64,000 bases of DNA from Pseudomonas phage PhiPA3, in sequence record HQ630627.1; one strand, written 5' to 3'. Positions 30,601-39,570 of the stretch are shown piece after piece (position 1 is the stretch's first letter; every line of letters starts with the position of its first letter). The translations under genes and the position numbers were made by a program. Under the pieces are notes generated by a model. It worked only from the letters and a program-made list of their open reading frames with translations, made no database searches and was not told the DNA's origin.

Positions 30601-31096
30601 ACAGATAGTTCTCCCCGAGTACAATGTCGGGGTGATGGTTGACCACAAAGATATCGACACCCATCTCACCAGAATGTGCGATGTCATTCGTAACGTGGCT
30701 TTACAGACCTTCGTCCCCAAAGACGAAAACGACGAGATCATGCCAGAGGACTCCGTTAAAGTACTTCTACATACCTGTGTAAATGAGTACATGCAGTATG
30801 TGTTCTCTCAACCACCAAAGGTCAACATGCCCTTCGTAAACTACCTGGACGAACATTTCGCTCGGGTAGCTGAGCCAATTAAGAACGACCCACAGAAACT
30901 GAACTATCTGGAAACCAAGTTTGCTCAGGCGTGTGGTGCCGTAGGTAATTGCTTGATTCCAGCAGCCAATGAGCTGGCTCAACAAGGTTATGCCGTAGAG
31001 CAGGTACAGAACTTCCACGTGGGTTATAACAACACTTACTACGTTCTGACGGGTGAAGATTTCGGCATTGAAGCTGAGATGGATGAAAATAGCTAA
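30584..31096 (+). CDS. hypothetical protein
   Basis: 170-aa ORF. Confidence 0.5.
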   Translation: MSNNPEQIVLPEYNVGVMVDHKDIDTHLTRMCDVIRNVALQTFVPKDENDEIMPEDSVKVLLHTCVNEYMQYVFSQPPKVNMPFVNYLDEHFARVAEPIKNDPQKLNYLETKFAQACGAVGNCLIPAANELAQQGYAVEQVQNFHVGYNNTYYVLTGEDFGIEAEMDENS

Positions 31097-31548
31097 TGGA
31101 TAACAAAACTCACTATGAACTGGTGGTTCTTGGGAGTATCTCTGGCGCTCAGCTAGCTGAGTGGTTTCGCCTTAAATTCTACCAAGACCACCTAGCGGAA
31201 GAACACGACGCCACTGAACTCGAAGATCTCATGGGTATGATGCGGCGCCGCAAAAAACACACAATAGGAGAAATCAGAAAGAACATCCTGCATTTTTTCC
31301 AACGTACAGTGATGACCAACTTCGGGGAAACCATACTGGAAACCGCTGCAAACTTGGAAGACCTGTTGGACGACGATGATCATTCGGTGGTGATGACATA
31401 CAAAACCTACAAGGAATTTAAGCTCAATAACCCATTCCTGGATGTTGTTGCCATGTTCCCTTTGGACATGAATGGGACCTTTGGGTTCGTGGTCTGTCGT
31501 AACAATATGACCGCAGATTCGTTCAGGACCCTGACCCATGGCAATTGA
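31096..31548 (+). CDS. hypothetical protein
   Basis: 150-aa ORF starting at the upstream stop (TAATG). Confidence 0.5.
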   Translation: MDNKTHYELVVLGSISGAQLAEWFRLKFYQDHLAEEHDATELEDLMGMMRRRKKHTIGEIRKNILHFFQRTVMTNFGETILETAANLEDLLDDDDHSVVMTYKTYKEFKLNNPFLDVVAMFPLDMNGTFGFVVCRNNMTADSFRTLTHGN

Positions 31549-31948
31549 TATTCAGACGGTCCCTATTGGGACCAAGATCTCCTTTGAACTTTACCCGTCG
31601 TCCCAATATGGTAACAACTTCCAGAACGTAACGCTAGCAGCTACGATGGATTCTCGCCTGGCCCAAAAGCTGGGCTTTGATCCTATAGCAGCACATCAAA
31701 ACGTATGGCCCTCACTACCATCTGGTGTACCGAACGACGCCACTCAGTACAATTACTTCCAAGTCGACTTCGATAATGGTAGTAGTCAAATCCTGGGTAT
31801 TCCATGGATTCGTGCTGACTCGTTGACTATTCACAACGGTAAAACGTTGACACTGGTCTTCGAGGATATTGACGAAACGCGTAAAGACCGCATCATCAAA
31901 GCGGTTAAAGCGCAGAACGAGAACCCGTCATCGGTAACGTTCGTGTGA
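31538..31948 (+). CDS. hypothetical protein
   Basis: 136-aa ORF, followed by tandem terminators. Confidence 0.5.
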   Translation: MAIDIQTVPIGTKISFELYPSSQYGNNFQNVTLAATMDSRLAQKLGFDPIAAHQNVWPSLPSGVPNDATQYNYFQVDFDNGSSQILGIPWIRADSLTIHNGKTLTLVFEDIDETRKDRIIKAVKAQNENPSSVTFV

Positions 31949-31953
31949 AATAT

Positions 31954-31985
31954 AGCCCCTCCTTCGGGAGGGGCTATATGTCGTT
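31954..31985 (+). terminator. hairpin followed by CTATATGTCG (first of a tandem pair)
   Basis: AGCCCCTCC-TTCG-GGAGGGGCT. Confidence 0.5.
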
Positions 31986-32049
31986 AAAGTTTTACCTGCG
32001 TGCTTCTCCCTATGTGAATGTAATTTGATGTGTAACCAATTGAGCCTTT

Positions 32050-32076
32050 GGACACCTTAGGGTGTCCTTATTTTTC
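32050..32076 (+). terminator. intrinsic terminator
   Basis: GGACACC-TTAG-GGTGTCC then TTATTTTT. Confidence 0.7.
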
Positions 32077-32129
32077 CAGTCGCTCAGAACACATTACATT
32101 CTAAGAATTAGAAATTCATTGAGGGGCAA

Positions 32130-34283
32130 GTGATGGGCACGCAATTCCAACCGAATCCTTTTATTCGTCCGGTCGACGAGTATTGTCGTGATCTGGAGAT
32201 CATCGATGCGTATCTAAACGACCAAGCATTGTATCTGTCTGCCATGACAGGGGATCCGGTAGAACAATGCCTTGAGTTTGTAAAGGCTCAATCTCGTCCT
32301 GAGGGAGCAATGGCACTTCAGAATCCGAAGGCCTTGATCCTAGATAAGAATCCCGCAGGTGACCGTGAACTGAAAGAAACTACGTTCATGGGTTTCCTGA
32401 ATCGAGTGAAGAAGCAAGAACTCTTGTTATCGCCGAGCATGACTGTGTACATGCCGGAATCGCAACGTCAGTCTACACACTCGCAATACATTGCCGAAGG
32501 CGTGGCTAACCGCAAACGCGTAAAGAAAGAACAAATGCGTTTGGAAGGTGAAGGTACCACTGAAGCACTCGAATTAGCCCAGGTTCGTAAAGGCGAACAA
32601 GAGAACTTCAAAATTAACAATAACTCTTACAGTGGGGCAACTGTAAGTGCGGCAACTATTCTGTACTACAAGTCGACTCACTCGTCTCTGACGTCCACTT
32701 GCCGTACCGCAACCTCGTATGCGAACGCCAACAACGAGAAGTTCATCATGGGGAACCGGCACTACTACACGCCGGAGATCACCAAAGCCAACCTGCTGTC
32801 GATTGCCAACATCACCGACCTTAAGAAGCTGCAAGAGTGCATGGATCACTTCCAGATGCATTATCCGACCGCTGACGAAGTCGTTGAGATGGTACTGCGT
32901 TCGACTGCACACTACTGGCAGAACCAAGATTACACTGCCCAGATCCACACCATGGTTAGTGGCTTCACTCCACTGCAACGAGCTGCTGTTGTTTATGTCG
33001 GTGATCTGTACCACACCTACAAACACAACAAAGATCTGATCCGAAACTTCCTGATGGAACTGTCTCAAATCGGACGGCCTGATCAAGTTATTTCCAAGGA
33101 AGAATACAATACTTACGATGGCGACATGGATCTGCTGGCTAACTTCATTTGCTATGATCTGGTTAAAGGTCGTAACAAAGAGAAACTGGCAGCCGAGAAC
33201 CCGGAAGTGTTTGACACCATCTACGCTACTGGTAAGAATATTTCGGAAGTCTTGCACAAGTACAAGTTGATCATTGAAGCATTGCTTTTGACCAATAACG
33301 TTCCATCTAGTATTCATGCCTTCCCGACTATTTATCGTCGCGCAGCAGTGATTTCTGACACTGACTCAACCATGTTCACCATGCAGTATTGGGTGGAAGA
33401 GTTCTTTGGTCGTGTCTGCTTTACTTCGGAAGCTAAACGTCTGGTGTTCGCACTGGTGTTCTTGGTATCTGAAGTAGTGATGCACATCCTGGCGATTCAA
33501 TCGGCCAATATGGGTGTATCCAAAGAGAAGCTTCGTCTGCTGGCGATGAAGAACGAATACTACTTTGCTGTACTGTCATTGACCACACGTTCCAAACACT
33601 ATTACGCATCCCAGGATGCGCAGGAGGGCGTAATGTTCGCTAAAGCGCGAATGGAAGTGAAGGGTGTCGGTCTTCGTGACTCTAAGGTACCCCCGAAGAT
33701 CAACAAGGCTGCGAAGAAGATGATGGAGAACATCATCAAATCGGTTAAGGAAGAGATCCCATTGGATCTCCCAGCAATGTTGAAAGAAGTGGCTGATTTC
33801 GAACGTGACATCATCAACTCGATCTTCTCGGGTAAATCTGAATACCTGACCACCGGTAAGTGTAAGAAGCTTAACGCGTATAAGTCAGAAGACAACGCTA
33901 CGTACGCTAAACACCGATTCTGGGCTGAGGTATTTGGTCCGTCTTATGGTGGCACTGAAGAACCACCTTACTCGTTCGTTAAGGTATCGGTTACCGTCGA
34001 TAACCGTACTCGCTTCAACGAATGGGTAGAGTCCATCGAAGATAAAGGTCTGGCGATGCGCCTGAAGAAATGGGCTATGGAAAACGATAAGTCCGGCATC
34101 ACCACGTTCCACGTACCAATGACCGTTGTAGAGAACCATGGTATCCCGAGTGAGATTACTCGTGTGGCGGATGTACGTACTGTAATCTCCAACACCATGG
34201 GTGTGTTCTACCTGATACTCGAATCGCTGGGGATCTTCCTCATCGACAAAGATAACTCCCGTCTGATCTCTGACTTTTATTAA
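32130..34283 (+). CDS. large hypothetical protein, possible polymerase/nucleotidyltransferase-like
   Basis: 717 aa; contains KINNNSYSG (resembles family-B polymerase motif B Kx3NSxYG, offset by one) and AAVISDTDSTMF (DTDS, motif C-like); no motif A found, so the assignment is weak. Confidence 0.55.
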   Translation: MMGTQFQPNPFIRPVDEYCRDLEIIDAYLNDQALYLSAMTGDPVEQCLEFVKAQSRPEGAMALQNPKALILDKNPAGDRELKETTFMGFLNRVKKQELLLSPSMTVYMPESQRQSTHSQYIAEGVANRKRVKKEQMRLEGEGTTEALELAQVRKGEQENFKINNNSYSGATVSAATILYYKSTHSSLTSTCRTATSYANANNEKFIMGNRHYYTPEITKANLLSIANITDLKKLQECMDHFQMHYPTADEVVEMVLRSTAHYWQNQDYTAQIHTMVSGFTPLQRAAVVYVGDLYHTYKHNKDLIRNFLMELSQIGRPDQVISKEEYNTYDGDMDLLANFICYDLVKGRNKEKLAAENPEVFDTIYATGKNISEVLHKYKLIIEALLLTNNVPSSIHAFPTIYRRAAVISDTDSTMFTMQYWVEEFFGRVCFTSEAKRLVFALVFLVSEVVMHILAIQSANMGVSKEKLRLLAMKNEYYFAVLSLTTRSKHYYASQDAQEGVMFAKARMEVKGVGLRDSKVPPKINKAAKKMMENIIKSVKEEIPLDLPAMLKEVADFERDIINSIFSGKSEYLTTGKCKKLNAYKSEDNATYAKHRFWAEVFGPSYGGTEEPPYSFVKVSVTVDNRTRFNEWVESIEDKGLAMRLKKWAMENDKSGITTFHVPMTVVENHGIPSEITRVADVRTVISNTMGVFYLILESLGIFLIDKDNSRLISDFY

Positions 34284-34296
34284 TAGGTACCCTGAA

Positions 34297-34644
34297 GTGA
34301 AAGGTCAAGAATACATTGCCAAAAAGGGTGATGCCGTTAAGGTTATTTTCCATTCGGGTATAGGTTCTATTAATGCAGGACGCATTAAGTTAGACAAAGA
34401 ATACGATGCTACGATTTCTTACTTCTCGGATAAAGCTACGCACATGATGTTTAGCTTTACTAGGGAGGACGGTGAGAAAGGTGAGTTGATGCGCCACGTT
34501 ACTGGTAGCGATACTACATGGACGCTCATTCTGACAGAAGACGAGGCACGGCGCCGTAAACAAAAGGTCATTCAACGTCGTACTAAACAGGCCGAAGATC
34601 AATGCAAACGCAAGATCATTGAAGCCAACATGTTGTTCGATTAA
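34297..34644 (+). CDS. hypothetical protein
   Basis: 115-aa ORF, basic C-terminus. Confidence 0.45.
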   Translation: MKGQEYIAKKGDAVKVIFHSGIGSINAGRIKLDKEYDATISYFSDKATHMMFSFTREDGEKGELMRHVTGSDTTWTLILTEDEARRRKQKVIQRRTKQAEDQCKRKIIEANMLFD

Positions 34645-34649
34645 CATAA

Positions 34650-34675
34650 GGGGAGCTTCGGCTCCCACTTATGCC
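34650..34675 (+). terminator. hairpin followed by ACTTATGCC
   Basis: GGGAGC-TTCG-GCTCCC. Confidence 0.45.
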
Positions 34676-34689
34676 ATTAGGTGAATACA

Positions 34690-35814
34690 ATGATTGAACA
34701 AAGAAGCGCTTACGAAGAAGCTGTATTACACGGCTTCAAAGGTTCTCAGGATGATTGGTTCCGTAGCTTAGAGGGACGTAAGCATCCGTACGACACGCTG
34801 GATACAGTGGTCAATGCTTCGCAGGCACACTTCGATTACATCGCTAGTAAAATAGCACCAGGGATGAGTAGCCTGTTTATCGAACAGAAGTTCGACCTCG
34901 CCCTAGATGAAAAGAACTACCTCGACAAAGTCGTTGAACTCTACAACGACGAATGCTCGGATCTGGATAACGCCGACCGTGCTCGTCTTTTCAACATGGT
35001 CAAGGCAGCTCGTTACCTGATCAAAGGCATTATCTACGGACGTCCCTACTCCCAACCCCGTTTACTAGAAGCTTGGGCACAATGTCCGAAGAGTCGTTTT
35101 GACTATTTCAAGGATAAAGTACCCAGGTACGATACCGAATGTACACAGGTACACCCTGATATCGATCTCACATGGCGTCTTAACAAAGGAAAAGACATGC
35201 AAGCTTCTCAGAACACTCTTCGTGGCCAAACCTCAAGCATCACCCACATGGACGACGCTATGTTTATGTCTACCCACAAGATACCTGAACTCCTGACCCC
35301 GGTCGAAGAGATTTCCACCGCTGACGTACCCCCGGCAAATCAGTCTATTCCTCAGGGTAACCGTAAGGAACGTCGTATCGCTGGTAAGAAACAAAAGAAC
35401 AAACGCAAGAAACACATCGCCAACTGTAAGTCTGGTTTCCACAAAGCAGTAATGGGTTCTATGGTCCTCAGTCGCCTTGGTCGTGTCCAACAAGATACCC
35501 AAGACAACCTGAAGAAAGCCCTGCTCAAAGACCATGCCATGGCTGATGTCGTGGAAGCGGCCACCGGTGAGAAGCTCCCAGCTTATCAACGTAATCTGTT
35601 GAACCAAATGCAAGAGCGTGCTCAGCATGGTAAATCGATCGTCGAAGAACACGAAAGACTGGTCAGCGAAGAGGATGCCGAAATGTTCGTCAATAAGGGA
35701 GTCCCTGAGGAAGTCCTCGATGGGCAGTTTAATCTGGTACCAGCTGGAGATAGCAGCGCAGAAGAGTCTGACGAAGGACTGGAAGTAGACGACGGCGTAG
35801 CCGATCGCGATTAA
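34690..35814 (+). CDS. hypothetical protein with basic segment and acidic C-terminus
   Basis: ATG 34690 (GTG 34681 is an alternative); segment RKERRIAGKKQKNKRKKH; C-terminal DSSAEESDEGLEVDDGVADRD. Confidence 0.5.
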   Translation: MIEQRSAYEEAVLHGFKGSQDDWFRSLEGRKHPYDTLDTVVNASQAHFDYIASKIAPGMSSLFIEQKFDLALDEKNYLDKVVELYNDECSDLDNADRARLFNMVKAARYLIKGIIYGRPYSQPRLLEAWAQCPKSRFDYFKDKVPRYDTECTQVHPDIDLTWRLNKGKDMQASQNTLRGQTSSITHMDDAMFMSTHKIPELLTPVEEISTADVPPANQSIPQGNRKERRIAGKKQKNKRKKHIANCKSGFHKAVMGSMVLSRLGRVQQDTQDNLKKALLKDHAMADVVEAATGEKLPAYQRNLLNQMQERAQHGKSIVEEHERLVSEEDAEMFVNKGVPEEVLDGQFNLVPAGDSSAEESDEGLEVDDGVADRD

Positions 35815-35820
35815 CATAAC

Positions 35821-35850
35821 GCTCCTGCTTCGGCAGGAGCTTATGCCAAT
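35821..35850 (+). terminator. hairpin followed by TTATGCC
   Basis: GCTCCTGC-TTCG-GCAGGAGC. Confidence 0.5.
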
Positions 35851-35864
35851 TTAAGGAAAATACA

Positions 35865-36335
35865 ATGGCCAAAGTAATCATGCCGTCTCAGTTGAAGAAA
35901 TTCAACTCGTTCAACATCATGTACATGCTCCGCTCGGTATTCTGCCTGTACAACATCCAACAGAGCGAGATGTACGCTCTGAACGATACCGCCATGTTGT
36001 TGAATGGCAAACTGGTGGAAATCCCCGAGATCGAGATTGGCGTCCCTGCACCGATCTTTGATCGCGTCCACAAAGCCTTCCCTCAGCTGTTCGATCCCAA
36101 GAAAAAGGTATTGCGTCTTCGTGAACGGTTGATTGCCCGTCGACTGGAAGTGATCAAGAAGAGTGAGTACCAATATCAAGGCCCTTACTACATTCGTAAG
36201 TTGGAAGTATTGATCCGTGATGCTGAGGATGCTCTGCGTTGCCCCTCACTGTCTCAAGCCAAGCAGAAGCGTGTAACTACTAACTTGTTGATCATGAAGG
36301 ATAAAACTATCCAACATCGGGTCTACAACCGCTAA
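35865..36335 (+). CDS. hypothetical protein
   Basis: 156 aa, RBS AAGGAAAATACAATG. Confidence 0.5.
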   Translation: MAKVIMPSQLKKFNSFNIMYMLRSVFCLYNIQQSEMYALNDTAMLLNGKLVEIPEIEIGVPAPIFDRVHKAFPQLFDPKKKVLRLRERLIARRLEVIKKSEYQYQGPYYIRKLEVLIRDAEDALRCPSLSQAKQKRVTTNLLIMKDKTIQHRVYNR

Positions 36336-36385
36336 CGACATAAACCCCTCTCCTTCGGGAGAGGGGCGTTATGCATTTATTTTTT
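36334..36385 (+). repeat. 52-nt exact dispersed repeat spanning a terminator
   Basis: AACGACATAAACCCCTCTCCTTCGGGAGAGGGGCGTTATGCATTTATTTTTT is identical at 61381-61432. Confidence 0.8.
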
Positions 36386-36386
36386 C
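36345..36386. terminator. terminator at a convergent junction (copy 1 of a 52-nt repeat)
   Basis: CCCCTCTCC-TTCG-GGAGAGGGG, then CGTTATGCATTTATTTTTTC. Confidence 0.7.
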
Positions 36387-37477
36387 AGATCAGCGATTGT
36401 CTCAGCAATCTGTTTGTTGAATTGTTTCACGAATTCAGAACTACCCATGTTGCGGTAGACTTGGTCGTTAGAGCTATCGATCAGATCAATCATAACTTCA
36501 TTCAACTGCGAACGATCATAGCCATGGTTCTGTTGCATCATGCGAATCAGGTAACGAATGTAGGGTAAGCGGGCCATGGTAATAGCCCATTCGTTCTGAT
36601 ACGTCACTGGTTCACGTGGTAGCTTGATGACATCAAACAGATCGTTCTTAACGATCATCGGGGTAATAGCAGCCAACCCTTCGAGTTCAATCCCTTTCAG
36701 AATAGCTTCTTTGTTAATGTATTCAGCAAGCGTATCCAGACGGGGAGACATGTCGGTTAAGTAGAAGGGATGCGATACCGGGAACTTCGGGTTATCGATA
36801 TGCTGGGAAGCGCGATCCAGTCTATTAAAGAAGGCGATATCCAGATAACTCTCGATCATGTTGGGTAGTACAATACTCCCTACAAACCTGTAAGCGTTCT
36901 CTTTTTGATCTACGCCGTTTTGTATTTGCCATCTGAGCCAATAACGATACTGCACCAACAGCATGGGAATATTAACTGAGATCACGCCGTAGGCTCGCCC
37001 TTGGGTGGTGTTGTTCATGATCGGGAGGTTAACGTCTGTCCGTGTGTGGTACAGATACTTAACTGGCTGGAGATCCCGCCATGTTTTCCCCAGTCCTTTG
37101 GTCTCGAATCGTTCTAGGCTCGCCATTGCGACTTCTTCAGACTTGGGTCCTAGGGTGATTCCCCCTTCGTGGATTTTCCCTTTGTGAATGGAAGATGTCA
37201 TACCAAAGACACGGTACACGCCCTTAGCGTAATCTTCAACTTTCTTTGCCCAAGCGGCGTCATCAATCTTCCAATCGATCACAAACTGCTGACACAGTAA
37301 AGCAAACATATTGGAAGAGTCCACGTATTTCGGAGCTTTCCGATAATACGTTTGCACATCTTTAATAAGAGTTTTGTAGGTCCGACGAATATAGACAATT
37401 CGAGGATCCAAAGCTTGGCCTAAGCGACGCGTGGGTGCGTCTCTGAAGAGCATGTACATGTTAGTCGCCCATTGCAA
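36377..37477 (-). CDS. hypothetical protein
   Basis: 366-aa minus-strand ORF between bidirectional terminator 36345 and the divergent promoter region. Confidence 0.55.
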   Translation of the reverse strand: MQWATNMYMLFRDAPTRRLGQALDPRIVYIRRTYKTLIKDVQTYYRKAPKYVDSSNMFALLCQQFVIDWKIDDAAWAKKVEDYAKGVYRVFGMTSSIHKGKIHEGGITLGPKSEEVAMASLERFETKGLGKTWRDLQPVKYLYHTRTDVNLPIMNNTTQGRAYGVISVNIPMLLVQYRYWLRWQIQNGVDQKENAYRFVGSIVLPNMIESYLDIAFFNRLDRASQHIDNPKFPVSHPFYLTDMSPRLDTLAEYINKEAILKGIELEGLAAITPMIVKNDLFDVIKLPREPVTYQNEWAITMARLPYIRYLIRMMQQNHGYDRSQLNEVMIDLIDSSNDQVYRNMGSSEFVKQFNKQIAETIADLKK

Positions 37478-37499
37478 AAGATTTCAAATCTATATCATG
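37469..37499 (+). repeat. 30-nt dispersed repeat (second copy)
   Basis: See 27491-27521. Confidence 0.7.
37488..37498 (+). promoter_or_regulatory. promoter-like motif TCTATATCATG (class B)
   Basis: 44 nt upstream of gene 37541; in a divergent region. Confidence 0.5.
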
Positions 37500-37540
37500 G
37501 TTTTGATAAGTCACCCCTTACATCTAAATAGGAAACTATA

Positions 37541-39274
37541 ATGCATTCCAATTATACCCCCACCCGTAAAAGCGTTACAGGTATTACCATCGGTAATATG
37601 CAAAACATCGCCTTACTCCATATGCCGAACATGTATAACCAGGTTTCTGAGCTGTTCCTTTATAGTACCTATTTCCATGGGATGGACCTCACCCGCTGTA
37701 ACCGCGATGCAGTCGAGTGGTTCATGACTCACCTCGCTGATGCTGTCCAACACGATTTCGATAATCTTGATGGCGAACAACTGGACGATCGAATCAAGGC
37801 ACGCATCGCCGGTTTGCAGGACGTAATCCAGCAAGCCTTAACTGGTGAAGGCGTGCTGTGTGAACAGCCAGGCGCCATCAAAGTGGAAGTTAATGGTATT
37901 CATCGCTTTATCCAGATGAACCATGATTTCAACCGGGTGAAGATGGCTGTACAAAAACTGATTACAGGTGCCATTGGCGTAATCCGCCCAGGCGTCACCA
38001 CCCATCAAGTCCGTGATCTCGAAAAGGTCCTTAGCAAAGAGTGGACTGTAATGACCAACAGTGCCCGTAAGGAGGCTTTGGTTAATTACATTGCTTTGCT
38101 GGCGAATTGCCATAACAACTCGCAGACTAACCAACTTCTACCGGAAGCTAAAGTCCCCCAACGTATTTTCCTCAACCCCCGTAACAGGAGTACTATCATG
38201 CAACACGATGATGAAAACATTCGTTCTGGTACTAGCGATAGCTTCGAAGATACCAACAACGAAAGAACAGGCCTTCCCCGTCTTAACGAGCGTCTACGGA
38301 GCAATCGAGCCACCAAAGTCGATATCACGGATGCTCCGGATCTGACTGATGCTCGTTACAGCGACAACGGTGATATTCATCTGAAGAAGATCTTCCTGAA
38401 CATCTCCGCTACCGCTATTGCTAAGGCAGGCCTACTCATCGAGAATTTCACTGACGACAACTTCGATCGCATCGTTAATCACGCTGCCTCCTTGTTTGGT
38501 CCTTGTTTGGATACCAACAGCGAAGAACTCATTAACAATCAGCTGTCTATCCTGGCCACCTTCGTCAGAGACGTTTACGATGAGCAGACTAAAAGCACTG
38601 GAGAACCCCGTGAGCTGTCTCTGATCGAGCGCAAATTCAGTGGGAACATTCCGCTGGATATCGACAAAGGTTACCTGTCCATCCAACGTAATGACACTGA
38701 AAGCTCCGATCAAATCGGTTTCGTCTACAATGACGAAAACCGTGAGTTCACGAAGGCATCTTCGGAAGAAGAACAGCGCATGCGTGACGAGATCGTAGCT
38801 ATTTGTTCTGGTCCGAGTATCGACGCTTTGCACCACAAAGCTGCTCTGGATTACCAGCGTGCTATTCAAGAAGCCAATGACGTCCGTGCGGAGGGTTCTA
38901 ATACCTCGCATATGAAGTACAAGCAGTTGATGCAGAAAGCTCGTGCACATTACCTGCAAACGGTTGAGATGATCGACAAAGGCGTCATGGTGGAGAACGA
39001 TGGTCTACTGGCCACCAACGTCATTAATGCCCGTACTCGCCTGGCAGCTTATCGCTGCAATGGTAATGAACTGGTTAAACTGCATCGTGAGGTGGTGGAA
39101 CGTCGAGATGCGCTTCAAGCGGCTGAAGAATGCCGACTGACCCAGGAACGTGGAGAGCTGATCCGCGACATCATGGAAAAGGTCATCAGCCGAATCATGG
39201 ATGCACAGCGCCAGGGCGAACTCACCGAAATTGTTCGCAACCTGATCGATGAGTTGAACGTCCACGCGAAATAA
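37541..39274 (+). CDS. hypothetical protein (charged, predicted helical/coiled-coil C-terminal half)
   Basis: 577-aa ORF 44 nt after the TCTATATCATGG motif. Confidence 0.55.
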   Translation: MHSNYTPTRKSVTGITIGNMQNIALLHMPNMYNQVSELFLYSTYFHGMDLTRCNRDAVEWFMTHLADAVQHDFDNLDGEQLDDRIKARIAGLQDVIQQALTGEGVLCEQPGAIKVEVNGIHRFIQMNHDFNRVKMAVQKLITGAIGVIRPGVTTHQVRDLEKVLSKEWTVMTNSARKEALVNYIALLANCHNNSQTNQLLPEAKVPQRIFLNPRNRSTIMQHDDENIRSGTSDSFEDTNNERTGLPRLNERLRSNRATKVDITDAPDLTDARYSDNGDIHLKKIFLNISATAIAKAGLLIENFTDDNFDRIVNHAASLFGPCLDTNSEELINNQLSILATFVRDVYDEQTKSTGEPRELSLIERKFSGNIPLDIDKGYLSIQRNDTESSDQIGFVYNDENREFTKASSEEEQRMRDEIVAICSGPSIDALHHKAALDYQRAIQEANDVRAEGSNTSHMKYKQLMQKARAHYLQTVEMIDKGVMVENDGLLATNVINARTRLAAYRCNGNELVKLHREVVERRDALQAAEECRLTQERGELIRDIMEKVISRIMDAQRQGELTEIVRNLIDELNVHAK

Positions 39275-39485
39275 GAAAAGATACTGGGGTTTATCATTTA
39301 ATACAGGAGTTGGCCGTAAGGTACGATCCTGCACTAAAAGCTATGCCCCAGTGTCCACTGTTTGCAAATCGTTTTCAACTTAAGGAAGCGATTATGTAAT
39401 ACAGTATGTGGAAGTTCTGCTACCACAATGACCTAGCTTTTATAGCGGGTTTCGTGGTTTATAGCCCATTGAAAAAAATCTCACA

Positions 39486-39496
39486 TCTATATCACA
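39486..39496 (+). promoter_or_regulatory. promoter-like motif TCTATATCACA (class B)
   Basis: 76 nt upstream of the candidate chimallin gene. Confidence 0.45.
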
Positions 39497-39570
39497 GGTG
39501 TGCACTCGTTCCCGAAAGGTTCTGAGTCTACTTGATCAAGTATTGAAATACCATCGTAAAGGAAAAAGAC

